From an uncultured Solibacteraceae bacterium (GTDB lineage Bacteria > Acidobacteriota > Vicinamibacteria > Vicinamibacterales > SCN-69-37), in NCBI GenBank assembly GCA_964471115.1, contig CAYYFE010000006.1, positions 16,370 to 80,369 on the forward strand: a DNA stretch of 64,000 nucleotides, in the 5' to 3' direction. The notes under the pieces are model-generated. The model saw nothing but the letters and a program-made list of their open reading frames with translations. It did not search any database and was not told the DNA's origin. Position numbers and translations under genes: made by a program. How positions within the stretch are numbered: position 1 is the stretch's first letter; every line of letters begins with the position of its first letter. Below are positions 55,554 to 64,000 of this stretch, piece after piece.

Positions 55554-56212
55554 CTGACACGGCACGGGTGCGGATCGTGTTGGCCGACGACCATCCGGTC
55601 TTTCGGCTGGGCCTGCGGGCCGTGCTCGACGCGGCCGCGGACTTGACCGTCGTGGCCGAGGCCGATCGCGGCGACGACGCGCTGGCCCGCATCCGGGAGA
55701 CGCAGCCCGATGTGGCGGTGCTGGATCTGGAGATGCCCGGCCTGGATGGCATCGCGGTGGCGCTGGCCCTGCAACAGGCGCGGCTGCCGGTGAAAACCGT
55801 GTTGTTGACCGCGCACACCGACCCGAGTCTGGTCGACAAGGCGCTGGACTCAGGCCTCGACGGCTACGTCCTCAAGGACGCCGCCGTGACGCAGATCGTC
55901 GAAGGCGTCCGGGCGGTGTCCCGCGGCCAGCCCTACGTCAGTCCGGCGTTGTCCCAGGTCCTTCTGGCGCGGCGGCGCAGCGGCCAGGCGCTGGCGGCGG
56001 CGACCCCGGGGCTGGCGGCGCTGTCGCCCGCTGAACGCCAGGTGCTCAAGTTGGTGGCTCAGGGGAAGACCAGCCGGGAAATCGGGGACGTGCTCTGCAT
56101 CAGCCCACGCACGGTGGAGCACCATCGCGCCAACATCAGCCAGAAACTGGACTTGCGCGGCGCCCACGCCCTGCTGACGTTTGCCATTGCCCACCGATCC
56201 GCGCTGTCCTGA
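55550..56212 (+). CDS. NarL/LuxR-family response regulator
   Basis: Receiver RIVLADDHPVFRLGL...VAVLDLEMPGLDG. HTH LSPAERQVLKLVAQGKTSREIGDVLCISPRTVEHHRANISQKL. GTGA overlap with the kinase stop. Confidence 0.9.
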   Translation: MTDTARVRIVLADDHPVFRLGLRAVLDAAADLTVVAEADRGDDALARIRETQPDVAVLDLEMPGLDGIAVALALQQARLPVKTVLLTAHTDPSLVDKALDSGLDGYVLKDAAVTQIVEGVRAVSRGQPYVSPALSQVLLARRRSGQALAAATPGLAALSPAERQVLKLVAQGKTSREIGDVLCISPRTVEHHRANISQKLDLRGAHALLTFAIAHRSALS

Positions 56213-56271
56213 CCCGGCGGCCCTGAGTACCGTCACGGCTCGAGCCGATAGTCCGGTACCACGGACTGATC

Positions 56272-57153
56272 ATGAGAACACCTGCCCTCCTCCTGCTCTG
56301 CAGCCTCGGCCTGGCTCCCGCGTGTGCGTTCGAGCGCACCAGTTCCTCGACGGCCCCGACCTCCCCGGGTGCCCCCGCATTTGCGGCCAGTCCCCTGCTC
56401 GGCCGGTGGACTGAAGCCGGCGCCGCCACCGTGGCCTCGAGCACAGCGTCGGCGCAGCCCCAGGACCTCGGCCGGCTCGTCTGCACCAACATCGTGTGGA
56501 ACGCGCTCGACCAGCAGAACGACGGCGTGGTGCAGGGCCCCTTCGCCGCGCAATGCACCAACGGCATCGCCCTGTCCGGCACCGCGGCGGGATCACTGAA
56601 CGGGTCGCAGGCCTCGATCACGGCCACCGGGACCGGGCAGTACAGCGGCGCGCCCTGCGCGTTCACCATCACGAGCCAGGGCACGGTTGAGGGCGACGTG
56701 ATTCGGTTTCCGTACACGGCGACGACCTGCGTGGGCACCTACTCGGGCACGTCGTTTCTGGCCAAGTCCGCGCTGCTGCCTCCACCCATGCCGTCATCGG
56801 CCGCGTGCGGCCGCAGCGACGGCGACTCGGTGGTCGAGTGCGTCGCCGCGCGATACCCGGATCGACTCCGCGCCGGAGTCAGTCACGACGAACGCGTGGC
56901 GCACATGTCGTTTCTGCGCGATCGCATCATCGAACAGTCGCGTTGCCGCGGCTTGGATACGGCGTGGAATCTCAAGCGCGGCGTCGGCCCGCATTCCATC
57001 GACGCCCTCGCCTGGCGTGTGGACGGCCGGGTCGAGGTGGTGGACATCGGCATCGGGTATGACGACACGTCGCAACCGCTGCGGCTGCAGTGGCTGATCG
57101 TCGCAGGTCCTCCGGGGTACGATCGCTACACGCCCGCGTTCACCTGCCAGTAG
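56272..57153 (+). CDS. lipoprotein, function unknown
   Basis: Lipobox LGLAPAC. 293 aa, Cys-containing. I recognise no family. Confidence 0.5.
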   Translation: MRTPALLLLCSLGLAPACAFERTSSSTAPTSPGAPAFAASPLLGRWTEAGAATVASSTASAQPQDLGRLVCTNIVWNALDQQNDGVVQGPFAAQCTNGIALSGTAAGSLNGSQASITATGTGQYSGAPCAFTITSQGTVEGDVIRFPYTATTCVGTYSGTSFLAKSALLPPPMPSSAACGRSDGDSVVECVAARYPDRLRAGVSHDERVAHMSFLRDRIIEQSRCRGLDTAWNLKRGVGPHSIDALAWRVDGRVEVVDIGIGYDDTSQPLRLQWLIVAGPPGYDRYTPAFTCQ

Positions 57154-57198
57154 CGGAGATACTCCTCCCGTGTTCGAACGGGCACGGGGCCATTGACG

Positions 57199-57660
57199 AT
57201 GCGTCGCGGCGCACCATACGCTGTCGCCATGTTGATTCCTCGTCTCCCCAGACTCGCTCCCGCTGCACTCGTTCTCACACTCCTGTCGACCGGCTCCGTC
57301 TCCGCCCAGCAAGCCGTCACGTTCACCCTGCGCAACGGCGACACCGTCGGTGTCACCCTTGTCGACCTCAAGGCCTCCGGCTTCGAAGTCGAAGTGCGGG
57401 GCGCGGCGCGCATGATCCCGAAGGATCAGGTGGCCATGGTCAACTTCGGCGGCAACGTGCAAGTCCGTCAGTCCTGGTTCACCGACATGACGTCGCTCGA
57501 CCATCTCGTCGTCTTCCGGAACGGCGACACGCTGCTCACCGAGTGGGTCGACGTGGGCGGCCAGTCGCCGCTGGTCCTGCGCGTCAAGACCAATCGCGGC
57601 GAGCGGGAGATTTCGTCGGCCGACGTGGCCCGGATCTACCTGGTCAAGCCCGGGCGCTGA
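57199..57660 (+). CDS. secreted protein with an internal duplication (two RNGDT..-type beta modules), function unknown
   Basis: Signal peptide ..LVLTLLSTGSVSAQ. Repeats FTLRNGDTVGVTLVDL...IPKDQVAMVNF and VVFRNGDTLLTEWVDV...ISSADVARIYL. The track start at 57193 is TTG, and ATGs at 57199 and 57229 are possible. Confidence 0.5.
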   Translation: MRRGAPYAVAMLIPRLPRLAPAALVLTLLSTGSVSAQQAVTFTLRNGDTVGVTLVDLKASGFEVEVRGAARMIPKDQVAMVNFGGNVQVRQSWFTDMTSLDHLVVFRNGDTLLTEWVDVGGQSPLVLRVKTNRGEREISSADVARIYLVKPGR

Positions 57661-57931
57661 GCCGCGACGCGTAGAGCCACGCCGCGGCCGCCGCTGCGGC
57701 GCCGGCGCCGAGGCCGGCCACGAGCACAACCGCCGGGAATCCCTGCAGCAGCCACGCGCTGAGCACGAGGCTGGCGGCGCCGTAGCCGCCCAGCACGACC
57801 TTCACCGGTCGTGACATCCGCTGTTGCGCCAGCCGCCGCATGACCGTCGCCTGAAAGACCGGCGACGGCTGCGGCGGCGCGGCGCTCATCGCCGTCCGCA
57901 GCAGGTCGTCCATCGCGTTGTCGTCACTCAT
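57644..57931 (-). CDS. putative anti-sigma factor (single-pass membrane protein)
   Basis: 95 aa. Overlaps the ECF sigma stop by 8 nt. One TM segment follows a short cytoplasmic N-terminus. Confidence 0.5.
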   Translation of the reverse strand: MSDDNAMDDLLRTAMSAAPPQPSPVFQATVMRRLAQQRMSRPVKVVLGGYGAASLVLSAWLLQGFPAVVLVAGLGAGAAAAAAAWLYASRLSARA

Positions 57932-58499
57932 GGAACCCCCGTTCGGCCAACCGTGCCCGCAGCAGCTTCCGCGCGCGGTGCAGGTAGGACTTGATCGTAT
58001 TCTCCGGCGTCTCGAGCATCTCGGCCATCTCGCTCATGCCGGCTCCGAGCCAGTAGTGGAGCCGCAGCGCTGATTGATACACGTCCGGCAGGTCGTGCAG
58101 GCACGCCAGGACCGCGGCGGCCCGCCGTTGCTGGTGGAGCTGCGCATCGGGCGCCGGCGCGGACGACGCCTGCCCCGCCAGCGCCGTGTCCGGCTCATGC
58201 GGCGCCCGGAAGCGCATGCGCGCTTTCACGTTCAGCGCGTGGTTGAACGCCAGCCGGTACACCCAGGTCCCAAACGCCGCGTCTCCGCGAAACGTCGCCA
58301 GTCCGTGGTGCACCCGCAGAAACACCTCCTGGGCCACGTCTTCGGCGTCGGCGGCGAACTCCTGCCCCAGCACAGAGACGACGAGGCGGAAGACCCGGTC
58401 CTGGTAGCGGGTCACCAACTGGCCAAACGCCTCATCGTTACCGTGCGCGCGGCATTGCTCCACCAGCCACGCGTCGGTCTGGTCCGACACGACGACCAC
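57924..58499 (-). CDS. ECF (sigma-70 family group 4) sigma factor
   Basis: Region 2 DAEDVAQEVFLRVHHGLATFRGDAAFGTWVYRLAFNHALN. Region 4 LPDVYQSALRLHYWLGAGMSEMAEMLETPENTIKSYLHRARKLL. Confidence 0.88.
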   Translation of the reverse strand: MVVVSDQTDAWLVEQCRAHGNDEAFGQLVTRYQDRVFRLVVSVLGQEFAADAEDVAQEVFLRVHHGLATFRGDAAFGTWVYRLAFNHALNVKARMRFRAPHEPDTALAGQASSAPAPDAQLHQQRRAAAVLACLHDLPDVYQSALRLHYWLGAGMSEMAEMLETPENTIKSYLHRARKLLRARLAERGFHE

Positions 58500-58500
58500 G

Positions 58501-58875
58501 TCAGCGCTTCCGGTAGGCGAGGACGTACGTCAGGATCAGGCCCACCCCCAGCAGCAGCAGCGGAATGGTCAGCGGCCAGAGGTCGACGCCGTTGGCGTTG
58601 AGGCGCGTCACGCGCAGCGCGATGGCGCCCCCACCCGCCAGCGCCGCCCAGACGACACCGTGAATCAGCAGTTCCCGGTGATCGGGAGGCGCCTTCGTGG
58701 GCTCGGCGGGTAATTCCGGCAGGGGGACGCCCTTGTCCATCGCGGCCAGGCGCTCCTGGTGGACGATCTCCAGCCGGCGCTGGCGTTCCTTGTGCCGCAT
58801 CCAGAGGAAGAACCCGAAGAGCGCGGCCAGGGCCATGACGATCAACGCATCAGGGAACGTGTTCGGCGTGTTCAT
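58501..58875 (-). CDS. small membrane protein co-transcribed with the ECF sigma factor, function unknown
   Basis: 124 aa with 3 hydrophobic helices. Its stop lies 1 nt before the sigma GTG start. Confidence 0.5.
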   Translation of the reverse strand: MNTPNTFPDALIVMALAALFGFFLWMRHKERQRRLEIVHQERLAAMDKGVPLPELPAEPTKAPPDHRELLIHGVVWAALAGGGAIALRVTRLNANGVDLWPLTIPLLLLGVGLILTYVLAYRKR

Positions 58876-58890
58876 GTCCTTCAGACAGGG

Positions 58891-60375
58891 TCAGGAGCCG
58901 GCCGGTTGCACGACCGCCGGCCGGGCCCGTTCGAACTGGTAGTCCCCGGGATGGAAGCGGGCCGCGCGCCGGAACCCGGAGACCCACCCGGGCCAGAGAG
59001 TCGGATTGCGGCCGGTGGCGTCCAGATACCAGCTGGCACACCCGCCCGTGGCCCACACCGTTCGCGACAGCGCCGCGTCGACACGCCGCACGTAACGCGC
59101 CTGGACCTCTGCGCGTGGTTCGAGCGTCGCCAGCCCCTGCCGATCGAGGTGCCGCAGCGCCTGCAGCACCAGGTCGATCTGACGCTCCACCATCAGCACC
59201 ACCGACGAGTGCCCCAGATAGGTGTTCGGGCCGAGCAGCAGAAAGAGATTGGGGAACCCGGCCACGGTGGTGCCCCGCAGGGCCTGCGGGCTTCCCGCCC
59301 ACACGTCGCGCAGCGTGCGCCCCTGCCGGCCGCGGATGCGACGGGCCAGCGGCGGATCGGCCGCCTGAAACCCGGTGCTGAAGATCAGGACGTCGACGGG
59401 ATGCTCGACGCCATCGGCGGTGACGACGCCACGCGGCCGCACCTCTTGCACCGGGCTCGTGATGACCTGCACGTTGGGACACGTCAGTGTGCGCAGATAC
59501 CGCGTGGACATCAGAATCCGTTTGCAGCCCAGGCGGAAGTCCGGCGTCAGCCTCCGGCGCAGGCCAGGGTCGGGCACTTGCCTGGTCAGGTAGTGCCGCG
59601 CGAACCGCTCGAGCAGCGCCATCAGCGCGGGGTGCCGCAGTCCGGGGACGAGCAGTTCGCGGCGGGCGTACAGCGCGGCGCGATACAGCTGGCGCGCGCC
59701 GGGAACCCTTCGCATGATCCACCGGGTGGCGCCACTGAGGGCGCGGTCACGGCCCGGGAGCACCCAAGCCGGCGTGCGCTGGATCAGCGTGAGCGACGCC
59801 ACGTGCGGCTGAATCTCCGGGACGAACTGGACGGCGCTGGCGCCCGTACCGACGACCCCCACGCGTTTGCCGCGAAGGTCGACGCCGTGATCCCACCGCG
59901 CCGAGTGGAACACGGGGCCCGCGAATGAGCCGGCCCCCGGCAGGTCGGGCACCATCGGCTCGCTGAGGACGCCCGCCGCGCCGATCACGACATCCGCCGT
60001 CCAGTCCCCACCCGCGGTGCGCAGCCGCCACCGTTGCCGGTGTTCGTCGTAGACGGCGTCCTCCAGATCGTGGCCGAACTTCACATGCGGGAGCACGCCG
60101 AATCGCGCGGCACAGTCGCGCAGGTACGCGAGGATCTCCAGCTGCCGCGCATAGGTGCGTGACCAACCCGGGTTGGGCGCAAACGAGAACGCGTAGAGGT
60201 GTGATTCCACGTCACACGCGCACCCGGGATACGTGTTGTCGCGCCACACGCCCCCGACGTCGCCGGCGCGTTCGAACACGACGAAATCGGTGTAGCCCGC
60301 CTGCCGGAGGCGAATGGCGGCCCCAAGGCCGGAGAAGCCGGTGCCGACGATGGCGACCCGGACATGGGGAGGCAC
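58891..60375 (-). CDS. FAD-dependent Baeyer-Villiger-type monooxygenase (EthA-like)
   Basis: GTGFSGLG (FAD), BVMO fingerprint FAGPVFHSARWD, GVVGTGASAVQ (NADPH). GTG start. Confidence 0.8.
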   Translation of the reverse strand: MPPHVRVAIVGTGFSGLGAAIRLRQAGYTDFVVFERAGDVGGVWRDNTYPGCACDVESHLYAFSFAPNPGWSRTYARQLEILAYLRDCAARFGVLPHVKFGHDLEDAVYDEHRQRWRLRTAGGDWTADVVIGAAGVLSEPMVPDLPGAGSFAGPVFHSARWDHGVDLRGKRVGVVGTGASAVQFVPEIQPHVASLTLIQRTPAWVLPGRDRALSGATRWIMRRVPGARQLYRAALYARRELLVPGLRHPALMALLERFARHYLTRQVPDPGLRRRLTPDFRLGCKRILMSTRYLRTLTCPNVQVITSPVQEVRPRGVVTADGVEHPVDVLIFSTGFQAADPPLARRIRGRQGRTLRDVWAGSPQALRGTTVAGFPNLFLLLGPNTYLGHSSVVLMVERQIDLVLQALRHLDRQGLATLEPRAEVQARYVRRVDAALSRTVWATGGCASWYLDATGRNPTLWPGWVSGFRRAARFHPGDYQFERARPAVVQPAGS

Positions 60376-60383
60376 GGCCGGGG

Positions 60384-62015
60384 TCAGCGGCCCGTGGCCT
60401 TGAGCCGTTGCGCGATCTGGCCCGCGCGCTGGCGCTGGGCCTCGGTCAGCGTGTCCGTGCCCAGATCCAGCGACTCCGGATGTTGTCCCGCGAACGTGTA
60501 GGCCGGATCGGTGCCGGTCTTCTGCTGCAGCAGCATCTTGTACACACTGGGGCCGGCGAAACTCTGTGCCCAGTTGCGGAATTCCTCGGCGTTGCCTTCC
60601 TGCTCGCGCTCCACCGGCACCCGGTCGAGTGTCACGCCGGTGCCGGCCTGCAGCGCGCGCTGCGCGCCGTAGTAGACCGGACGGAGGCCGACCAGCTCCC
60701 CTTCGGCGGCGAGCAGGCTGAAGTTGGCGTCGGTCGTGAAGTCGTTGAGCGTCGGGCCGACGTACGGCGCGAAGGTGTCAATCTGATTCGGCGCCAGGTA
60801 CGCGCCGGTCTGCTGCGACGGCCCGTACGTGCGAAACCGCGGGTAGGTGTGCTGCGCCAGCATCTCCTCCCAGTTCCCGCCGTAGTCGATCGTCAGGACG
60901 TAGCCCGCGCTGAGCACTTCCGAGGCGCCGCGAATGAAGGACTCGGCGCCGGGATTGACGTAGCTGACCAGCCCGCGCGGGTCGCGGGCCAGCACCGCCG
61001 CGTACGTGTCGGCGTACCGCCGCAGGTGTTCGGCCACCACCGGCACGTTGACGGCCGGCACGTACAGCTCGCGGAACTGCATCGCGTTGGCCGTGCCTTC
61101 GTAGGCCTCCGACGTGCGCAACCCTTCGAGCAGCGCGACAAAGGTCGCGCGCGTCAGGTACACGTCGCCGTCGCGCCGCCGCTCGAAGAAGCGATCCTCA
61201 ATCGCGCGATCGGCGTCTTCGATGGGGCCCGTCACCGACGCCGGCAGCAACGGCTTGACGGCCGTCCACGTCGCCGCCGCCAGTGACGGCACGACGAAGG
61301 CCACGTCGGCCGCGCCGTCGGGCGACAGGATGATCTTGTGCACGCTGAAGGCGTCGGGCAGTTCGTTGGACAACACGACGCCCTTCAGCCGGCCCTTGCC
61401 GATCGCGGCGGTCATGTTGGTGGCGTCGGCCACGCGCGCTTCGAACCGCTTGCCGAACCGCGCATTCCGATCCTGCTGGACCTTGCTCAGCGCGGGCGAT
61501 CGGTCGTAACAGACATACAGCACCTGATCGGCAAACACGCGCCAGTTCGCGTCCGTCCCGGCCTTCTGCACGATGTAGTCGAGGATGGCCTCGGCCAGCG
61601 CCCCATCACCGGGGCCGAACTCGGCAATCGTGAATCGATCACCCTGCCCCAGCGTCCCGGCGCGCCGCATGCCGTTCCACATGGCGAACACCTGCTCGGC
61701 CACCATGTGCCCGAACAGGGGCGCCAGCACCACGGGGTACGTCCGGTAGTGGCCCACGAAGTCGACACGGCCGCTCGCGTAATACCCCACCGTGGGATGG
61801 AACATCACGATGTCGTGATAGTCGAAGAAACTCAGAAAGTGCTTGGGCACCTCGGCGTGGGTCTGCGGCGCCACGACCAGTTCGCGATGCACCTCCCAGC
61901 CGTTGCGCAGGTCGCGCGGCGGCGCCTGTGCCGTCAGCAGCGCGGCGGCGATGACGAGCAGGACGAGACAGAGAGCGGCGGCAGGTACAGCACGGGCACG
62001 ATCAAACAGACGCAT
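60384..62015 (-). CDS. DUF185 (MidA/NDUFAF7-like) SAM-dependent methyltransferase with an N-terminal signal-anchor
   Basis: FLSFFDYHDIVMFHPTVGYYASG, IAEFGPGDGALA, VVLSNELPDAFSVH. N-terminus MRLFDRARAVPAAALCLVLLVIAAALLTAQAPP. Confidence 0.6.
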   Translation of the reverse strand: MRLFDRARAVPAAALCLVLLVIAAALLTAQAPPRDLRNGWEVHRELVVAPQTHAEVPKHFLSFFDYHDIVMFHPTVGYYASGRVDFVGHYRTYPVVLAPLFGHMVAEQVFAMWNGMRRAGTLGQGDRFTIAEFGPGDGALAEAILDYIVQKAGTDANWRVFADQVLYVCYDRSPALSKVQQDRNARFGKRFEARVADATNMTAAIGKGRLKGVVLSNELPDAFSVHKIILSPDGAADVAFVVPSLAAATWTAVKPLLPASVTGPIEDADRAIEDRFFERRRDGDVYLTRATFVALLEGLRTSEAYEGTANAMQFRELYVPAVNVPVVAEHLRRYADTYAAVLARDPRGLVSYVNPGAESFIRGASEVLSAGYVLTIDYGGNWEEMLAQHTYPRFRTYGPSQQTGAYLAPNQIDTFAPYVGPTLNDFTTDANFSLLAAEGELVGLRPVYYGAQRALQAGTGVTLDRVPVEREQEGNAEEFRNWAQSFAGPSVYKMLLQQKTGTDPAYTFAGQHPESLDLGTDTLTEAQRQRAGQIAQRLKATGR

Positions 62016-62067
62016 CCTGCAAGTGTAACGTGACCGGGGGGCCCATCCACGCCGGCGCCGTGGACGT

Positions 62068-62467
62068 TCATTGGCGCCCCGTCATTCGTTGAATGCGTTC
62101 CGCCTCGGCCGGGTACTGGGCGGCGAGGTCATGGTCACCGGCCAGCTCGAAGTCCGCGACCTCGAATCCCGGCGCCACCGTGCAGCCGATCAGGCAATAC
62201 GCGACGCCGGCGGGCAGCAACGTGCCGAACCAGGTGCCCGCCGGGATGACAAGTTGCGGACGCTCGCCCGCGGCCAGGTCCAGGCCCAGCCGCGAGACGA
62301 CCGTGCGGCCGTCGGGGAACAGCTGCAGGACCTCCAGCGGCCCGCGCGCCGCCATGCGACGCGGCCGGCACCGTCATCGGGGCGCGGTAGGTCTCGGCGA
62401 AGTATCCGCGCTCCGGATGCGGCGCCAGACGCAGCGCCTCGATCAATTCCCGCACACGTGGGGTCAT
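62068..62467 (-). pseudogene. decayed DUF985 cupin gene (internal deletion plus frameshift)
   Basis: The N-terminal MTPRVRELIEALRLAPHPERGYFAETYRAP is in one frame. The C-terminal GPLEVLQLFPDG..RPQLVIPAGTWFG..CLIGCTVAPGFEVADFEL is in another. About 30 aa of the expected core (..IYFLL...HR..DE.WH) are missing. Confidence 0.6.
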
Positions 62468-62503
62468 GGGGTGATTGTCACCCGGCCCCACGTGGATGTG
62501 CGC

Positions 62504-62893
62504 CTACTTCGCGCGCTCGGCGTCGACCGTGACTTCCGCCGTCTGGCCCTGGAAGGAGAGCACCTGGTTGCCCTGCAGGCGGCCCTTGACGAGCTTGAGC
62601 GTGAAGCTCCGCAGCGGCCCGTCGGGCTGCTGCACCTGGAAGGTCACCGACTCACCGTCGACCACGCCCTTCTCCACCGTCCACTGGCGCGCGGGCTCCG
62701 GGCCGACCGTGCCGGTCAGCGTCTTGCCCTTCTGGACGAAGTGGAAGGTGAAGGTAATCGACTGGCTCCGGCCGTCGGGCAGCGACCGGGTGAAGGTCGC
62801 GTTCCAGTCACCGGAGACGTCGGCGGTCTGGGCGGCAACGCCCGCTGGGACCAGGGCCAGGGCGACGAGCAACAGCACACGAAGAGTTTTCAT
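62504..62893 (-). CDS. small secreted protein, function unknown
   Basis: Signal peptide MKTLRVLLLVALALVPAGVAAQ, beta-rich, 129 aa. Start trimmed to ATG 62893. Confidence 0.5.
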   Translation of the reverse strand: MKTLRVLLLVALALVPAGVAAQTADVSGDWNATFTRSLPDGRSQSITFTFHFVQKGKTLTGTVGPEPARQWTVEKGVVDGESVTFQVQQPDGPLRSFTLKLVKGRLQGNQVLSFQGQTAEVTVDAERAK

Positions 62894-62995
62894 GCTCCGT
62901 CGAAACGGCCGTCGCCCACCGTTGGTTCCCACGCCTCCGTCCGATTGCGCCCGTTTCACCGACATCTCACGCGTCGCTCACCGTTCGGTGACGCC

Positions 62996-64000
62996 CTACT
63001 CCATCCGTAACGCCATGGTTGGTTCGACGCGCAGGGCCCGCCGGGTGGGCACGATACACGCCAGCAGGCAGACGCCCAACATCACCACGCCGTAGGCCGC
63101 GATGATCGCCATCTGGCCGGCCGTCAGTGAGCCGGTCAGCCCCGGCATCTCGGTCTCGATGCTGCCGCCCAGCGCCAGCAGACCGTTGCCGATCAAGACG
63201 CCCAGGCCGACCTGCAGGAGGGGGCGCCGGAAGATCGCGGTGACGATTCGGGTCCGGTCCGCGCCGAGCGCCACACGCACGCCGATCTCGCGCGTCCGGC
63301 GGGCGACGATGAACGACAGGACGGCGTAGATGCCCGACAAGGAGAGCACCAGGGCCACGACCGTCATGACCACCGTGACCCGCAGCCAGAGCCGCAGCAC
63401 CCACGTGATGTCGTCGGTCACCTGGTCCACCCGCTGCACCTCGGACAGGCGCAGCATCGGGTCGATCGCGGTGGCCATCTCGCGCAGGTCCGGCGCAAAC
63501 GCCAGCGGGTCCCCGCGCAGATGCGCCAGCAGATACGTCCTCGAGAGGGCGTCGGGCGGTGACGGCAGGTACAGCCCCGCCGCGCGCTCCACTCGGGTCG
63601 GCGCTCCCATCCCGAGGTCATCGACGACCCCGACGATCTCCATCCAGGGGCCGGGCACGCTGGCGGGATCGCTCCGTCGCGGACCGAATCGCACCTGCTG
63701 GCCGACGGGATTCTGTCCTTCGAGCACCTGGTCGACAAACCCCTGATCGACAATGGCCACCCTCGGCACCGGGGCGAAGTCTGCTGCGGTAAACGCCCGG
63801 CCGGCTCGCACCTGGGTCTGCAGCGCGTCGAAGTACGACGGATCGATGCGGGCCAGGGTGGCGATGCGCATCGGCGCGTCCGCGCCCGCCGCGGCGGCCT
63901 GCGCCTGGCGTTCCGCGTCGCCGGGCAGTTCGATGCGCGCCTCCGGACGCGGGGTGCGCGGCAGCCGATCGACAAACGTGACACTCACCACGCCAGGCTG
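62996..64000 (-). CDS. ADOP-type (MacB/FtsX-like) ABC transporter permease, C-terminal half (5' end outside the window)
   Basis: FtsX domain LSLSGIYAVLSFIVARRTREIGVRVALGA, C-terminal RRALRVEPTMALRME. The ORF stays open to the window edge. Confidence 0.8.
   Translation of the reverse strand, partial: QPGVVSVTFVDRLPRTPRPEARIELPGDAERQAQAAAAGADAPMRIATLARIDPSYFDALQTQVRAGRAFTAADFAPVPRVAIVDQGFVDQVLEGQNPVGQQVRFGPRRSDPASVPGPWMEIVGVVDDLGMGAPTRVERAAGLYLPSPPDALSRTYLLAHLRGDPLAFAPDLREMATAIDPMLRLSEVQRVDQVTDDITWVLRLWLRVTVVMTVVALVLSLSGIYAVLSFIVARRTREIGVRVALGADRTRIVTAIFRRPLLQVGLGVLIGNGLLALGGSIETEMPGLTGSLTAGQMAIIAAYGVVMLGVCLLACIVPTRRALRVEPTMALRME

Overview
This is a high-GC (roughly 68-70% by eye), very gene-dense 64-kb chromosomal window. 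The gene content includes an ADOP-type FtsX permease, a sortilin/BNR propeller protein, a BlaR1-TonB fusion and many secreted peptidases. That mix suggests a soil Acidobacteriota-like (possibly Gemmatimonadota-like) genome, but I could not run a search to confirm it. All protein calls rest on motifs I recognise in the supplied translations.

About 50 protein genes are supportable, and most are housekeeping:
- Replication, repair and core metabolism: accA (partial), dnaE, guaA, pssA-psd, rimI-tsaB, mutS, speB-like, apt, surE.
- Stress response: hspR-cbpA-clpB, furA-katG.
- Signalling: three sensor kinases, a NarL/LuxR-type regulator, a BlaI/BlaR1 pair and an ECF sigma/anti-sigma pair.
- Transport and envelope: a TonB-dependent receptor, SugE, TerC and an SSF symporter.
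- Several secreted peptidases.
- Two tRNAs, Arg-CCU and Pro-CGG, both on the minus strand.

The ORF track prints ATG, GTG and TTG starts all as M. Its longest entries are often antisense shadows or over-extended N-termini typical of high GC, so I trimmed many starts.

I saw no transposase, integrase, phage, CRISPR/cas, toxin-antitoxin or recognisable defence genes, and I did not find a novel multi-gene protein system.

What stands out is non-coding:
1. Short-period tandem repeats (7, 8 and 10 bp) are arranged as inverted arrays. One pair brackets tRNA-Arg, and a 7-mer version forms a long periodic hairpin between the BNR gene and apt.
2. A dispersed hairpin-GCTACG element occurs in at least four copies, all in the same orientation. 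Two copies are fused to 8-bp CAYCTCGY arrays, and one of these supplies the start codon of a glycosyltransferase-like gene.
3. A perfect palindrome with 24-bp arms lies between terC and hspR.
4. A TANNNT -10 box recurs about 6-7 nt before start codons, implying leaderless mRNAs. Several symmetric AT cores are shared by divergent gene pairs.
5. There is a HAIR-like operator at hspR and a 40-bp palindromic operator candidate at blaI.
6. A cupin (DUF985) gene is decayed.
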